Counted from the stretch's first letter, positions 41,252 to 54,637 are shown. The stretch: DNA of 64,000 nt from Balanoglossus misakiensis (GCA_040954595.2 CM082585.2:11993863-12057862), one strand, 5' to 3'. Numbers and translations: made by a program. Notes: a model not told the origin generated them from the sequence alone.

Positions 41252-44200
41252 TTTCCTTGTTTGCTTCCCCCTCCCCCTCTCTGTCTGGTATTGTTTCATT
41301 AGGTGGCCATTGCATCTCCAGAAGCTAACATCTCTTCTCAATACTGACAGTATTTGTTACTCTGTCTATGCATCAATGTTTTCAAAGGCAATTTGCAGAC
41401 TTACAGAATATCACTCATCAGTATCTTGGGAAAACATGTAAATGCTTTTTACACAAAATGATACCGTTTTTTGTTCTGTACGTCTTGTGGAGATCACTTT
41501 TAAATTGAATTCAGTTCACCAGGGAATGGCACTATTGTATGCCATCTTTCTTCTGTGATGGTTCTTGTGCTGATTCATGAATGATATTGCATCTTAAAAG
41601 GAGATTCAGGTGTTACGTGTTTTGAGAGAGAATCAATCCAAAGTACTCTAGATAGAAAGCCAGATTTTGAGTGTTTTGGAAATGAACCACTTGTATTTGT
41701 AACCAACGTGTAAGTAGAACCAAAAGTGCATGTTGTGGATGGAGAGAGCAGAGAAAGATTTTCACACCCTGGGGCAATCGCGAACCGTCAGTGATAGATC
41801 TGTAAAGACCAGGCCATTCAGAGAAGGCTACAGTACAGTGTTCATCATCTTTTGTAGGATGATTCTATGTGTGTTGAATACTGGCTGTCTGGATGTAGTC
41901 AACCACGTGATTTGTCAACTGCAGTGATTACAGTCTACCTTCATCTTGTTAGGATGTTGTCATCTTCATTAGTGTGGACAGGAATGTCAGAGGAATATGA
42001 TTAGCTGGGTTGCTGTTTGTTAACATGCCTAGCAGTCTGTGCCCTGAATGCTTAAGGAAGGGAGATTTTGCTACTTTGGGTCCTCTAGGATGGCATCATC
42101 GCCATGGTTCATTTTTTGCTACCAGTTATAATCATTGCATCATAAAACAAGTCTTTTAGTACTCAGGCAAGAAAATACACAGTCAGTTCTTTGATGCCTA
42201 GCAGTTCAGCCTGTCTTGTGATATCAAGAACAATGTTAGCAGAAGATAATTCATTGGACTCCTGTTGGATCCCAACATCAGGAGACCAGTGCTTTGTATT
42301 TGAATATTGCTCGTCTGGGACTACTTAATACTTTCTGCCGTAAAAAGATGGCTGGCTAGCATACAGCAGTGATATATGACTCATTGAACACAAAAGAGGC
42401 CAAGGAACATTTTGAGTTGTATGTCCACTGAACCAGACAATAATCAACTGTCCAGGGAAAGTAACATGAAGCCTGTTATTGTTCTGAGAGTCGCCCAGTC
42501 AGCATGATAACCTTTCACCTCTTGGCAATGCATTCAAAAAGCCAGCAAACACCTTTTGCACATTTGAAGTAAACCTTTCCAGGACTAATTGCCCTACATT
42601 CATGTGCTGCTCAACAGAATGTAGTCTAGTACAAAATTCCTAACTGAACCTTCACAAATGCCAGTTGGATTATCACAGATCTTGTTTAGAAATTCATAAA
42701 AGGATAAAAAAGATTGTGACATCAACAGGTGTTTGAAGATTATTGATTTCTTTGCGGAGAAAATGTTCGATCTTCCCTCACAAACAGATGGCTAAATTTT
42801 ACAGTGTCATTAAAATTGGCATTTCCATAAGCAGCTAGAACAACTCTTGCCTGAGGCAAAAATATTCTGTTTCATATTTCATGTCACCATGTACTCGGTA
42901 GTTCTTTCTCAGTAATTACAATAAATGGCAAAGTGTGATGAGTTTCTTGTATGGATGTCAAATACTCAAGGAAAATGTAATACCTGTCGATGTCTGTGTG
43001 CTGAAGAGCAATAAATAATTTTCCTGGCTGTCAAAATTTAATAGCATCAAGTACTGTGATAAAAAAATCTCATCTTAAAATGCTGGTCATGTGTAGACGT
43101 GGTGTTTACATATACTTTGGCAACACGTATGAAATATTTATTGAGTGTGGTGAAGGAAGAACCAAAACTCACAATTATACTGGCATTAAATGTCAGCCTG
43201 CCCTATAAAACAACGATACATCAGACATACTGTCATGTTTGCAGTGCTCCATATAAACTCAGATGATGTTATATTTCAGAGGGTGACGTGTCAAAACCAA
43301 CAGGTGAAAATGGCAGTTTATTGACACGGAAATGAAACATGGCGATAAATAAGTCCGAATTAATGCATAGTTCATGTTTGCGCACTTTTCTGTCAAGCTC
43401 ACAATGGCTGGGTTTGCATTTCATGCATCTGATTTTTAGCGTCTTTTCAAAACGATCAATTTCATCAATGATATCAATACGTATTGTCTGCTACATCGTT
43501 GATATCAACGGTTATTGTCTACAGTGCTTGTATTCCATCAATCACTGTTTATACTTGTATATCATGTCACTTTTTTTTCTGAACCTTTGTCTTCTTTTTG
43601 TCTACTCTGAACAAAAAGAATGGATTTGAATTTGATACCGAGTTTTATGAAATCACAGAGGTTTGTATTTTAGAGTGTCATTGTGCCCTTGTCTGTGTTT
43701 GATAAATGCATGTTACGTGTACTTGTAGTAGTGCATTTGCTGAGCTGTTCAGAATATGAAATGTGATGAGAGTTGCTAGTTGTAGTGAATCATATGTATG
43801 ATGTAGTGTGGGATACGTTGTAGTGTTTTGCAGTGTGCAAGGGTTTGAAAATTTTACTTGGATGGATCATCGGTTGAAAGGAGCAAATGATCGGTTGTGA
43901 AGATCTTTGTGTGAAGGCATAGTCTTGTTTGAACTCATGAGGGCGTTTTCTAAAACTCTCTTGATAGGAGCGACATGTTTATCATGAGTGTTTAGTGCAC
44001 CAAGAACATACACAGATTTGATTGTATTTGATGAAAGTCTACAGTTCATTTCCACTTAAATCATTCTGGCTGAATTATTTTCTCTCTCAGTTTCTTGAAG
44101 CAGTCTGACGTGACCTTTTTCCCGATATTCCTGTACTTCTGTCTTGTTGATCATAAAAATACTTTATGTCATCGGGCATATCTGTCCATGCACCAGTATG

Positions 44201-44989
44201 ACTGGAGGAAATACTTTCCAAACAGCAAACCCAGAGGTTGTCAATTAGCATATAAATAGATGGTGCAGATGAGTATGTTTTGTTACTGACAGCTGTAACC
44301 ATTTTGCTCAAACTCGCCATGACATGTTGATTTTGAGCTAGACTAGGAATAATTGAACAGGGTACCCCCCTTCCCTCTTCAAAAGATAGGGAAAGTTTCG
44401 TCTCATGGACTCGGTATTGTCATGGGTCAAAGTCTGATCTTGGATTACATGTACTTTCCCTGACAATTAAGAATACTGGAATTATGCCCCAATTCATGTC
44501 AAATAAATATAATGTTAATACACAATATGTTCAATATTCTGTATGTTTTCACGATGACAATACAAAATGATATAGCTACGAAATTATGTTAAATTTGTGA
44601 CGGTTGACGTCGTATGGTTGATGATTATATTAAATAAGACAATCATTCTAAACTGGATAATAGCCTTCTTTAATAGTTGTTAAAAAATTCATAAATAAAA
44701 CTGGAATTTATTCTGGTGAGAAGTAATAATTTCTGGGTCAGTTACTCTGACTTGGAGTCAGCAGATTTGATGCTTTCAGAAAAGGTCTGCATAAAAAATA
44801 CAAGCAGGTCATGTGGAGTAGCAATTTATTCCGTGTCATAATCTTGTATTCACCGTTGAATGGACACATTACTGTTTATAGGTGAAACAGTCAGGCTGTG
44901 CTATCAATTAAACTTGTATGAAGTGCAGACCTGGGTTGTTTTATATTTGTACAGCCATGTCAAATTCACAGATGAATTATCTCTGATTT

Positions 44990-45733
44990 CCTTCTCGTCG
45001 GCGATTGTCAGAGTTTTGTGTTTCGCGTGCCGTCAACAACTCAAATTAAATTTATCAGTGATTATTCATAGATTGTATTTGTGGAAGGTGGGGTGAATTC
45101 GTCTGTAGATGATTTCAATCACGTCATAGCCGCCGCGATTTTCTGAAAATAACTGGTCCGAGTGCTTTGCAAAGCCCAATTAGCTCACTTTGCAAATCAA
45201 GTTCTATTTTTCGTTCCACGGTCCCAGCTGTTGATCAGGTTATCAGTAAGTACACACACACACACAGGTAGTTAATTTCATCAAAGTCCTTGATATAAAA
45301 AGTCACCTGACTCCCCTTTGTATGTCAACATTACTACTGTTGTTTTGGAAACGCACCCTATTAGTGTCAATGATTTTGGTTTATCCTGTGTGCACAGCTA
45401 ATGAATATTATAGTAAAAAGCATTTAATTTGCAGTAAGGTAATTTCCACTCTGAGAAAACGTGGGATAAAAAATGAAGTAATGGGGTGCCAAATAAAGGC
45501 GGTGATCGTAACTGATTGCGCAGTATGTCTGAATGGGAGTGTCTTCGGGCAGAGTTCATGTATTTATGCATTGATCCGCGGTCGCTCTTCTTCTCTCGCG
45601 CACACACGGAGTGGCAATCAGTATTCTCCACACTCGCTGAGATTTCACTGGACGTACACTAAATGAATGAACTAAGAGGGTTTAACCGTAGCGTACAAAT
45701 ACATGTGTCCATGATTTAGTGGAGGAAGCAGGT
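44990..45733 (+). promoter_or_regulatory. CpG-enriched patch; candidate internal promoter/5'UTR 3
   Basis: CpG clusters at about 44995-45035, 45120-45140 and 45498-45655 preceding the candidate exon at 45734. Confidence 0.45.
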
Positions 45734-45820
45734 ATGTCTGTGTTGAGCGTTATTAGTACGGCACTGGCCAGCGGTCGGACATCACCAACCATCCACATTC
45801 ATCACTCCCCTCATCATGAG
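45734..45820 (+). CDS. dlg1: Candidate alternative first coding exon of dlg1 (29 aa, MSVLSVISTALASGRTSPTIHIHHSPHHE)
   Basis: ggtATG, 87 nt open, strong GAG|gtaagc donor, phase 0 and in frame with the 48551 exon; in-frame TAG at 45689-45691 upstream; CpG-enriched upstream region. Confidence 0.55.
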
Positions 45821-46603
45821 GTAAGCGTAGTTGTTGTGTTTGGTATTTCAAGGTGATTGAGGGAAGCTGTATTTGGGCTTCGCGGTGTTTGTTGTAGTTA
45901 ATCCTGTCTCCCTTCATATTTTGTGGTGTGTGATTTAGATGTCAGGCCAGAACACCAAGGGAGTGCTCGCATTGGGTGCTGTAGTGTCGTAACATACTGC
46001 AATTTTAGGGGGTTGATGACATCAGAACTGAGCTGGCCTGTATGTCGCAGTACTTGCGTGGACCATTAGCGTTTTATAATATTTATCCTCGTTTTACTCA
46101 CAGAGACTCAGTGGTTTTCCCGGAGAAGCAGATCCTCTCCGGAATAGAGAAATCAAACAAATTCAGCGAGCTCTTCTCAGCGCAGACATCCCATGTTATC
46201 TTCGTAACTGCAGTGAAGTGTGTATGATTACTACGACAGTGTCGATACTATCGTATACATCATGATTTTCCTTAATAGTGAATGCAATTCTCTGTCACTT
46301 TGGAATATTTAATCCATTTCAGATAAGTTACAGCTGGTAGTGTTATAGTGAATGAAGTGCTTGATGTCGTACAAAGCCATCTAAGCCCTTTCTCCCTCCT
46401 TACTCGCCATGAAACGTGAATCACTGTTACCGTCCACTGAGCTGCTATAATCTCAATGTCCAGGATGTATTTCCGCTCTTACGAATGGATTTCCTTTGTC
46501 GAGTCCATTCTGATTGATCACACTCTGCATTGTGCTCTTGAAAATTACTTGTAATAACATACTCGGTTCAGACATGGTAATTCTACAAGAGTGGATCGAC
46601 CAT

Positions 46604-46617
46604 GTTACCATGGTGAC
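46604..46617 (-). promoter_or_regulatory. RFX X-box motif (GTTACCATGGTGAC, reverse complement of the 50563 site)
   Basis: Exact fit to the X-box consensus on the - strand, about 0.8 kb downstream of the candidate first exon at 45734. Confidence 0.5.
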
Positions 46618-48550
46618 AGAGAATATCATCTTCAAAAACTGCATTTTATTCATTAAATCTTTTCTCTATATAATACATGTTGTCATCCAGAGATTTTGAA
46701 ATATCTAGTGCATGTATTTAAAAAAAATTGTTTCGCAATGCTTATAAATTGTGTCCACATAGTTTGATAAATAATTATTTTTTTTGTAAAATTTAGGCCA
46801 CATGGTATAGGGAAGTCTATTTTCATATAAAAAATTGAAAAATAAACCCTTATGTTTATGCTGTTAAAAATAAAAGTGATACAAAGAAATTGATTGAAAT
46901 TACTGTGGATTTAATGTCTAAATGATTGACTAGGTGAGCCAAATACAGGTTTATTTTCGTCGTATTTCTTTGTTGTCCACAATAGGTATAGGTTGAAAAG
47001 AAAATTCTTTTGGCAGTAATGTTTCTGGTACATGAAATACAGCATTCCTGGGTTTGTTCATCATTTCAATATCTGCAGCTTTTGTTGTTTTGGCGAGGTC
47101 AACAGTGACGCTTCGATTTACCTTGGTACTTCACTCTGGAAGAATTGCTTCATTATGGCTTTAGTTTAACTTGCCCTGAAGGTTCACATGGAATGTGTCA
47201 CATGTTGTGTGTTGGCACAGATCTTGAATCTGTTGCTATCACATTCAGCCGGGGTCGAAGTGTCATTTGAGAAAATATCTGACAATTTGGATGTGCTGTG
47301 TGCGTTTGTTTCTACTGTGTACATTTTTCATTTAATACAAAAGATATTTTTTTTCTGACAAAAGCTTGGAATAAATAGTAGAGACATTATTTGCTTGACA
47401 AAAATGGTGCATGTCTGCTGGAGGGAGGTGGAGAACTGAGTTTCTAATACAGTTACATTGTATAACTTATAAGACAGCAGCTGGCAGAATTGTTTTATAA
47501 GGAGAACGTAAATCACAGGATGTGATGCGTAAAACCAAGCGTCTGACAGAGTTGATGGTTCTGTTGGAATGACAGATGTGGTATTCAAGTGAAATTCAAG
47601 TGGTTGGTTTGTCTTCACTTTGTAACATGGATATTGCTGGATATTCCAGATCATATGAAAATGGTGTGTGTGTGTTTGGGGGAGGGCAGTGTGTGTAATA
47701 TTGAGTTTGTAAATGTTGTGTGCTTGTGAGAGATGTTGATCAAAATTTTGTACAAATGTGTGACGGTGTGTGTGAATGACATGCACATTATACCTGTTGG
47801 GCTATTTATGTGTGTATGTGTAACCAGTATATGTCTGTCTGTGTGGACTGTGTGATTTCATAGAGAGTACGGTACATATTTCTTAGCTTTGCTGTATGAA
47901 TGTGCATTTGAATACACAGTATACGGCAATGCATGCATTAATTAATGCATGACCAGTTGGCTGTTTAATAGCTCTGTTCCCTGTTCCTGTTAATTTCACG
48001 GAAGATCGGTGCTGTGCCCATAAATTTCCAATGCATTTGTTTTATACACATAAATATATATATACCTGAGTTTCACTCACACAGATTAATGTACAAAGCC
48101 TATTTTATCGATTATGGTGTCTCCTTTCTTAGGCATATTCATCATCTCCTCTTTGTAATCATTTTGCTTAACACACTCATTATTCGCTGGCCAACAGTAA
48201 AAATAAGGATGGAGGTTTACATTGTATCATTGCCAAGTGCTGTTGCTGATTGAATGATGACCTGAGAATGGGTTTATTTTGTGTTGTGTGTGAATGCCCA
48301 GTCAAGCTTGCACATATTGTGTTTTCTTTTTATATTATTTGGAAATGTCATGATATTACATGTATCTTCCAGGCTTATTCGAAATATCATCTCTATTTCT
48401 GAAACCATGCAGGAACTGTCCTAGTGTAAGAAAAATACAAACTGTAAGAAGCACTCCTAAAGTTGGAGAGTTAACATTTCCACTTTCATATCATGACCCG
48501 AAGCTTGTTGAATTAAAATGTATTCCGTCTCTTCCATTCCTTTTCCGTAG

Positions 48551-48700
48551 GCTGCTCCAGCACCAGTCAGACTCCATGCGGACCAGGTCAAGGAATCACC
48601 ATCACCGGAAGAACAACTATCCCCTCCCCAACATTCACCGGCACCCATAGTCCAGTCTTCAATAGCACCAGAGGAGACATCACCTCTATCAGAGCCCTAT
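48551..48700 (+). CDS. dlg1: dlg1 exon: AAPAPVRLHADQVKESPSPEEQLSPPQHSPAPIVQSSIAPEETSPLSEPY
   Basis: ttttccgtag acceptor, TAT|gtacgt donor, 150 nt open, phase 0-0; start and end resemble the vertebrate ANPPPVLVNTD...PTY exon preceding VNG. Confidence 0.85.
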
Positions 48701-50562
48701 GTACGTAACCAAAGCCAGTCAAGGAACTTTCCTCAACTGGCCTTTATAGACAGGTGGTCTTTATAAACAGATGATCTGAAGGGACAGGCCACTTAAAATG
48801 GCAATACTACAAATGTAGTTAGTAGAAAGAATCATGTTTTATAGCAATCCCTCATGAAATCCTGTGGGAAGAGACCAAATTCCATCAAACTATATCATAA
48901 GTTCATTTACTGTCATCGGATCACGACAGGGAAGCCCCTGAAGCTTGAAACTTTGTTGTAAACATCTTTAGATTAATTTTATCAAGTGAAACTTTAGTGG
49001 ATACTGTGTGGGTAGTTCAGACTTTCCAAAAAACCTCCCCCACCGTTTCCTGAGTGCCTAAAACATCCACTATTTCTTCATCTTAGGGTAGTTATAAACA
49101 AAACGTGCATTTGTGTGAAATAAATTTCAGTGGTCAGGTTTTGAGTTTTCAAACTAAGCAGCCCTTCTGTATGTAAATAGCGAGGGCAGTTATAATCCCC
49201 AGCATTTCCACCCAGCACCCAATTCTGTAAAATTCAAGCTATCTTGTCTCAACCGAGGCGGAAAATCCATCGCAAGCAATCGATACCTTTAGGAATATTG
49301 GTCTTGCATCGTTTTACATGTAAAGGTACTATGTGAGAGAGATAGCTTTTCATTTAGATTCATTGTACAATCATTGTGGGTTTATTTCAAGCTGGGGGCA
49401 TGTAAGACTTTATCATGGGTCAGATGTAGATTGACACAAAGTGTCATCCGATATAAATTCAGATGTGTCTGCAGTTTTAATTTGTTGCTGATCATTGATG
49501 GTACAGGTTTAGAATATCTAAGTCTCTTTCTAATAGTGAAAAATAGCAGATAAATTTATGCAGTGACCCGTATACAAATTGATCAGGTGATCAACCGATA
49601 TGCAAAGATTGTTTTAAAATTAACAAGTGGCTAGTACTGCTGCTGTCCCCTTACGTATTGCCAAAATAATATTTGAACTAGAAAGGCTGTTGCAAATTCT
49701 CCAATAGATTGATACAAGTATGAAATTGATATCACAATTGTCGTCTCACATTAAATGATACTCTGATGACATTCGTGAAGAAAGAAGACAAGCTAATGTT
49801 ACATGATGAAACCCTAATACCATCATTCCACTTTTTTGATTACCTGTCAATCATGTCTGGGAATCCTCAAAAATGGACATTTTTGTCAAACTGTGCGTGT
49901 TTTCATCTGACGCTATACACAGCCACTTTCAGAAAACATGAAGTTTGTAACTCGAAAAATATTTGTCATATGTTTGAGCAACATTCCCGACAGGAAATTG
50001 GCCTGAATCCGCCCTTGAAAGACAGAAATTAGAATCTGAGGATTCTGTAGTTACAGTCACAGATTTCGTGTTTACGACAGAAGAACCAACTACATCCAGA
50101 AACAAATCTTGCCAGCGTGAAATTAATTACTGTTCAGGGTCGCTGGATATCAGAGAGAGGTCATCTTATCTTGAATTTATGGCTTGTCGTTTATGGCCCT
50201 CGTCATTCTCGGCATTCAGTGCTGTTTTGCAAATCACAATGATTGAAAGGATTTTGGTCGTACATGGATGTTTTATGAGACACCATTTACCACACGTGAA
50301 ATTTACCCGAGTGATATTTCTTTCAGGTGTTCGAAATAGAACACACGGATTGCAGTCTATATTTCAAAAATCTCAAAAATATTGAAATATTTTATCTTGA
50401 AACAAATTCAGGCAAAGGGGAGTTGAGATATGAGATTAAAAAAAGAGAGAATAAATCCAATGTTTGTTGTAAGTAGTTACAAAACAACTTCAGGAACGTG
50501 TTACTTGTGTCTGGAGAAAGTAGAACGAGATTCAGAAAAACATGCATCACAGGAAATGCTTT

Positions 50563-50576
50563 GTCACCATGGTAAC
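50563..50576 (+). promoter_or_regulatory. RFX X-box motif GTCACCATGGTAAC
   Basis: Exact fit to the X-box consensus GTYNCYATRGNAAC. Confidence 0.5.
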
Positions 50577-50837
50577 CACATCAAAAGGTGAAGTGCGAGA
50601 GAGAGAGCACTCGGTGATAGTAAACATCGCCTTTCATGTGGATGTGAGTCATACCTTTTATTCAAAAACAGCTGCTCACAACAGCTGCGACAACACTCAG
50701 CAGACGGCAGGGAACCCTGATGCTCAGAGAAAATACATCTTTCTGCTAGTCCCTTCTTGTTGTTAACAGCCCATTTGTTTCTCCAAAAAATTCGAGAAAA
50801 CAATTTCAATAATTCCCAATAATAATGAGATTGGGTC

Positions 50838-50930
50838 AAACAGAACACAACGCAAAGAAATGCAACACAATGCAACACAACAAAAAGCAAACAACACAAC
50901 AAAACAAACCTCAGAACAACACAACACAAG
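50838..50930. repeat. Degenerate pentanucleotide repeat (ACACA/ACAAA/ATGCA)n
   Basis: Read directly; explains the spurious C/V/L/F-rich minus-strand ORF 50564-50929. Confidence 0.85.
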
Positions 50931-51048
50931 AACTGCCATTGAAATGATAGATACAGTTGAACCCACTATCTACAAGACAAAAATCTGTCATCTCCATCTG
51001 TCTGTTGTTAATCACTACATTGTATTTGTTTCGTTACCATGCCTACAG

Positions 51049-51099
51049 GTAAATGGTGTAGATGACAGCTGGGAATATGAAGAACTAACCCTACAGCGA
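51049..51099 (+). CDS. dlg1: dlg1 exon: VNGVDDSWEYEELTLQR (start of PDZ1)
   Basis: ctacag acceptor, CGA|gtaagt donor, 51 nt; matches VNG.D..YEYEEITLER. Confidence 0.95.
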
Positions 51100-51536
51100 G
51101 TAAGTCTATCTTCCCTCTTTTTTTCACATTTCTTGTAATATTTATATTCTCATGATTTGCGATATTTATGTACTTATGATTTGTATTGAATGTATACATT
51201 CTATGATTTATTGATTCTCCCATTACCAGCCCCACTCAGGTATTTATAGGAAACACAGCCTAATCAAACGTATTTTGTAGAATCAACAGTAGGAAAGGTT
51301 ATTTGATAATGGTCTACATTAAATATTTGTGGTTTGAAAATAAAAGGCTAACATGAAATGTAAATGATCCCTTTCTTCCTTACTTTTCCCCCGAGTAAGT
51401 TTTCAGACATGAGTCGAAAATAATTGACGGGAAGTTTAACCAGAATCTAGAGGGGTCACCGAATGATGAGTTTGATGGGGACACTAATTAGATAAGTTCC
51501 CTTTTTTCGCGAAAACTGGATTAGGATGATTAGGAT

Positions 51537-51617
51537 GTGCTGTGATGAGCTAACTTGATTACCGCTGGTGTTGAAATCAACACAATGTGGAATATACAAG
51601 AGGCTGTTTCTGAGCAC
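51537..51617 (+). ncRNA. SNORD95: Intronic C/D-box snoRNA, SNORD95/U95-like, copy 1
   Basis: Terminal stem gtgc/gcac, C box GTGATGA (51542-51548), D box CTGA (51610-51613), D guide AGAGGCTGTTT complementary to conserved 28S GAACAGCCTCT. The 3' end AGAGGCTGTTTCTGAGC matches vertebrate U95 as I recall it. Sense strand of a host intron. Confidence 0.85.
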
Positions 51618-51690
51618 CAATCTCAAATTTATTGCGACTCTTGATAAGATGTCAGCACAGCAGAGATATTAGGTCATTGTGATATCAACT
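51537..51690 (+). repeat. 154-bp dispersed duplication (snoRNA plus 73-nt 3' flank), partner at 63155-63308
   Basis: By-eye alignment gives 151/154 identity; the three differences lie in the 3' flank. Confidence 0.95.
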
Positions 51691-51895
51691 CCAATTGAAA
51701 ATTAAAAAGTGCTAAGATGAACTATTGGTGTTGTTGAAAGAAACATACTGAGGCTACAGCGACAGAGAAAGGTGCTAACATGAACAATGATCAAGTTCAA
51801 TGCTTATCCCTTGCCACACAACTTGTAGGCTTTAACTCCCCCTTCTGATCTGTATCAATCAATTAATCTCACTCCGGTTATTGATGCGTCCACAG

Positions 51896-52020
51896 GGAGG
51901 AGCTGGGTTAGGATTCAGCATTGCAGGTGGAACAGACAACCCACATATTGGTGATGATCCCAGTATTTTCATCACGAAACTCATTCCTGGAGGAGCAGCA
52001 GCTGTGGATGGCCATTTAAA
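51896..52020 (+). CDS. dlg1: dlg1 exon: PDZ1, [41 protein letters not shown](K)
   Basis: cacag acceptor, AA|gtaagc donor, phase 0 to 2; GLGF loop and TDNPH motif. Absent from the ORF track on this strand. Confidence 0.97.
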
Positions 52021-52299
52021 GTAAGCAACAATACCTCCCTCCCCCCTCCAAGGAGTAATCATCTTGATTTTAAAGGGGAGTGTCGTCAGATCTGCACATG
52101 TGCAATTTTTTTGTTTATAAACACACCACTGACATGGTTCTCTCTTGGTCAGATAGACCATCAGCCAGTACATGTCTAAAATGACTTCAAAGTTCAATTA
52201 CAACGGTCAACAGGATTCTAGATTTTGAAATTGCTGCTATATAGCATCCATGCACAGACAGATGAATTGAATGAAATGTTATTAATTTCTGTCTTGCAG

Positions 52300-52402
52300 A
52301 TTAAATGACATCATTGTTAAGGTGAACGACACAGACACAGTCAATGTGCCACACGCCACGGCCGTAGATGCGTTGAAGAAAGCCGGGGAAGTTGTCAGAA
52401 TG
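52300..52402 (+). CDS. dlg1: dlg1 exon: PDZ1 C-terminal part, (K)LNDIIVKVNDTDTVNVPHATAVDALKKAGEVVRM
   Basis: tttctgtcttgcag acceptor, ATG|gtaagt donor, phase 2 to 0; H..AV.ALK.AG helix. Confidence 0.96.
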
Positions 52403-53733
52403 GTAAGTTTCTTGTTTATTTTCTGGAGTATGTGTAGTTCTCCTGTTGGTTTATGTCAGTTAATGGATCATGTCACTGAAAAAAAATGTAGGCTGAAGTT
52501 GATTTCAAAACTAACCACTCGCATACACATGTACGCGCACACGCACACACACTCTGCATTACTCAAGGAGAAGGGTTTTTCCTGTCCAAACAGCTAGACA
52601 TCTATTATTAATAATTTGCCAGAATCCCGTGGGATGAACTTGAGTTGATGAAGTACTGTTCTGTTCATTAGTCACCACTGTTTCAATTCCCAGGTGAAGT
52701 TAGGTCATTAATTGTTAGCAGCGACTTGCATGAACCTGTCAGACAACGAGGGAACAAGATATTTTATATCTCATGCCACCAGAATAACAATTTAACAATA
52801 TAAGACATTGTTTGCATTTATGAACAAACATGCTGCCTCAGAAGGGATGGGCACTGTAACTTTCAGAATATATTTTTGTACTTTTTGTCCTGTACATCAA
52901 CTACAGTGTTAGGTAGTACTTTCTTCCCCATTTTGAATCATGTTGTACACATTCTGCAGATGGATAATGTGAACAGAAAGTAATTGATTTTTAATGTCAA
53001 ACCCAGTTAGAAGCATTACGAATATCTTAGGGAGAAATCCTGTGTGTACATGACTTAAATTTGTAATGCCATTTCTTCGCTTTCTGCATCTGACAAAAAT
53101 TGAGAATGACAATGTTGGTTATCTTGAGTGAAAATAGATGTCCCCACCCATGTATGTAATCCTTCCTACATACAAAATGCATCACGGCTAATTGTAGAAT
53201 GTCGGAGCTTCTAAAAATACCTTCATTATCATGAGATCTTCACCCCATGTAATCCAGATATTACAGATTAAAGGGGACAACTAGTGTGTCCTCCCTTAGA
53301 ACATGATTCAGATCCCTTGCATTGTCAAATTTCCTTTGACAAAATGTCGTCTCTCGATTCTGTTATTATCTACAAATAATGCATTGAAGATGACAAAAAT
53401 TGCTGTTTCATGAAATTTTTATGCAGTTCTTTTTATGTATTTATGTTGAAATATTGTCATAAATGTTAAAGTGTGTCCAGGTTGAAATGAGGTCAGTTGC
53501 AATGAGAAACCCTTACTAAATGCTGTTGGTGTTGCTTTTCATCGGTTTAATACAAAAAATGAAAGAGAATAGTATCCTGCAGGGAAATCTCTGAGTAAAA
53601 TGACTGGGAAACCTCGGGAACATTTACCTGGATTCCTGCCCTTAAACAATTATAACACTGTGTGTGAGAGAGAGCCACATGCAAAGACTTCCATGATAGA
53701 GCGGTCATTTCTCACCCCGCTTTTCCTAATTAG

Positions 53734-53937
53734 GTCTTGCGGCGCAGGAAAGCAGTTCCGGAAAACATCATCACAGTGGAACTGCTGAAAGGCAGCAAAG
53801 GCCTCGGATTCAGCATCGCGGGAGGCGTAGGCAATCAGCATATTCCCGGTGATAACGGAATTTTTGTCACGAAAATCATCGAAGGTGGCGCTGCTCAACA
53901 AGAAGGAACTCTTCAGATCGGCGACAGACTGATCAAA
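53734..53937 (+). CDS. dlg1: dlg1 exon: PDZ2, [68 protein letters not shown]
   Basis: ttttcctaattag acceptor, AAA|gtaagt donor, 204 nt, phase 0-0; canonical Dlg PDZ2. Confidence 0.97.
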
Positions 53938-54239
53938 GTAAGTTATCAATCAGTTTTACAAGAAATATCAAAAGCCGTTCTATCACTGAGCTATCAATGA
54001 TTTGTCACTCATTCCGAGATCTGTTAATTACCATAGCAACGGAATGGTAGCCAAGTGATGCAATCAAGCTTTGTACGAAACTAGAATAGGTTCAGAGTTT
54101 AAATGTAACTTTTGTGCTGTTGAACACAATGGGCCATGTGAAGTTTGTCCTGCGTCTGGAGAATGTCCCCATAAAAATTGCCGGGTCTTGTGGAGTTCGG
54201 AAAATGTTCTATATACTTGTGTGTGCATTCTGTCTACAG

Positions 54240-54420
54240 GTTGGAATCTCAGATTTGGAAAATGTTACGCACGAGGATGCTGTAGCTGCTTTAAAGGCAA
54301 CACCAGAGAAAGTTGTACTCGTGGTGGCCAAGCCACAAAATCTTCCTGCAGGAGTGTATGACGACAGCCCCCCTCACCCACCTGATATTTCAAATATTAG
54401 TCAAACTAGTTCACAAAATG
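54240..54420 (+). CDS. dlg1: dlg1 exon: PDZ2 C-terminal part and linker, VGISDLENVTHEDAVAALKATPEKVVLVVAKPQNLPAGVYDDSPPHPPDISNISQTSSQN
   Basis: tgtctacag acceptor, G|gtgagt donor, phase 0 to 1; LE.VTHE.AV.ALK motif. Confidence 0.96.
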
Positions 54421-54637
54421 GTGAGTTGGCTATTTCCATGACCCTTGCATGACCATTAACATCATGGCATTTTTATGGTTGTCAATATTAAACATTTCTT
54501 TCTTCAATAGTGGAGAAAACTGGTGTGAATTTAGTTTTAATATTAGCATGATATTGAACTGACAGATGATGTGAATACTGTTGCGAGTTTGATTGACCCA
54601 AACTGTAACACTGTTTCTTTTTCCTTTGTGACTACAG

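Noticed and set aside
47328-47786. Longest ORF in the track (152 aa, - strand)
   Set aside because: Low-complexity TG-rich intron sequence, no domain signature, no splice structure.
51859-53949. Minus-strand ORFs 51859-52197 and 53650-53949
   Set aside because: Antisense shadows of the PDZ1 and PDZ2 exons.
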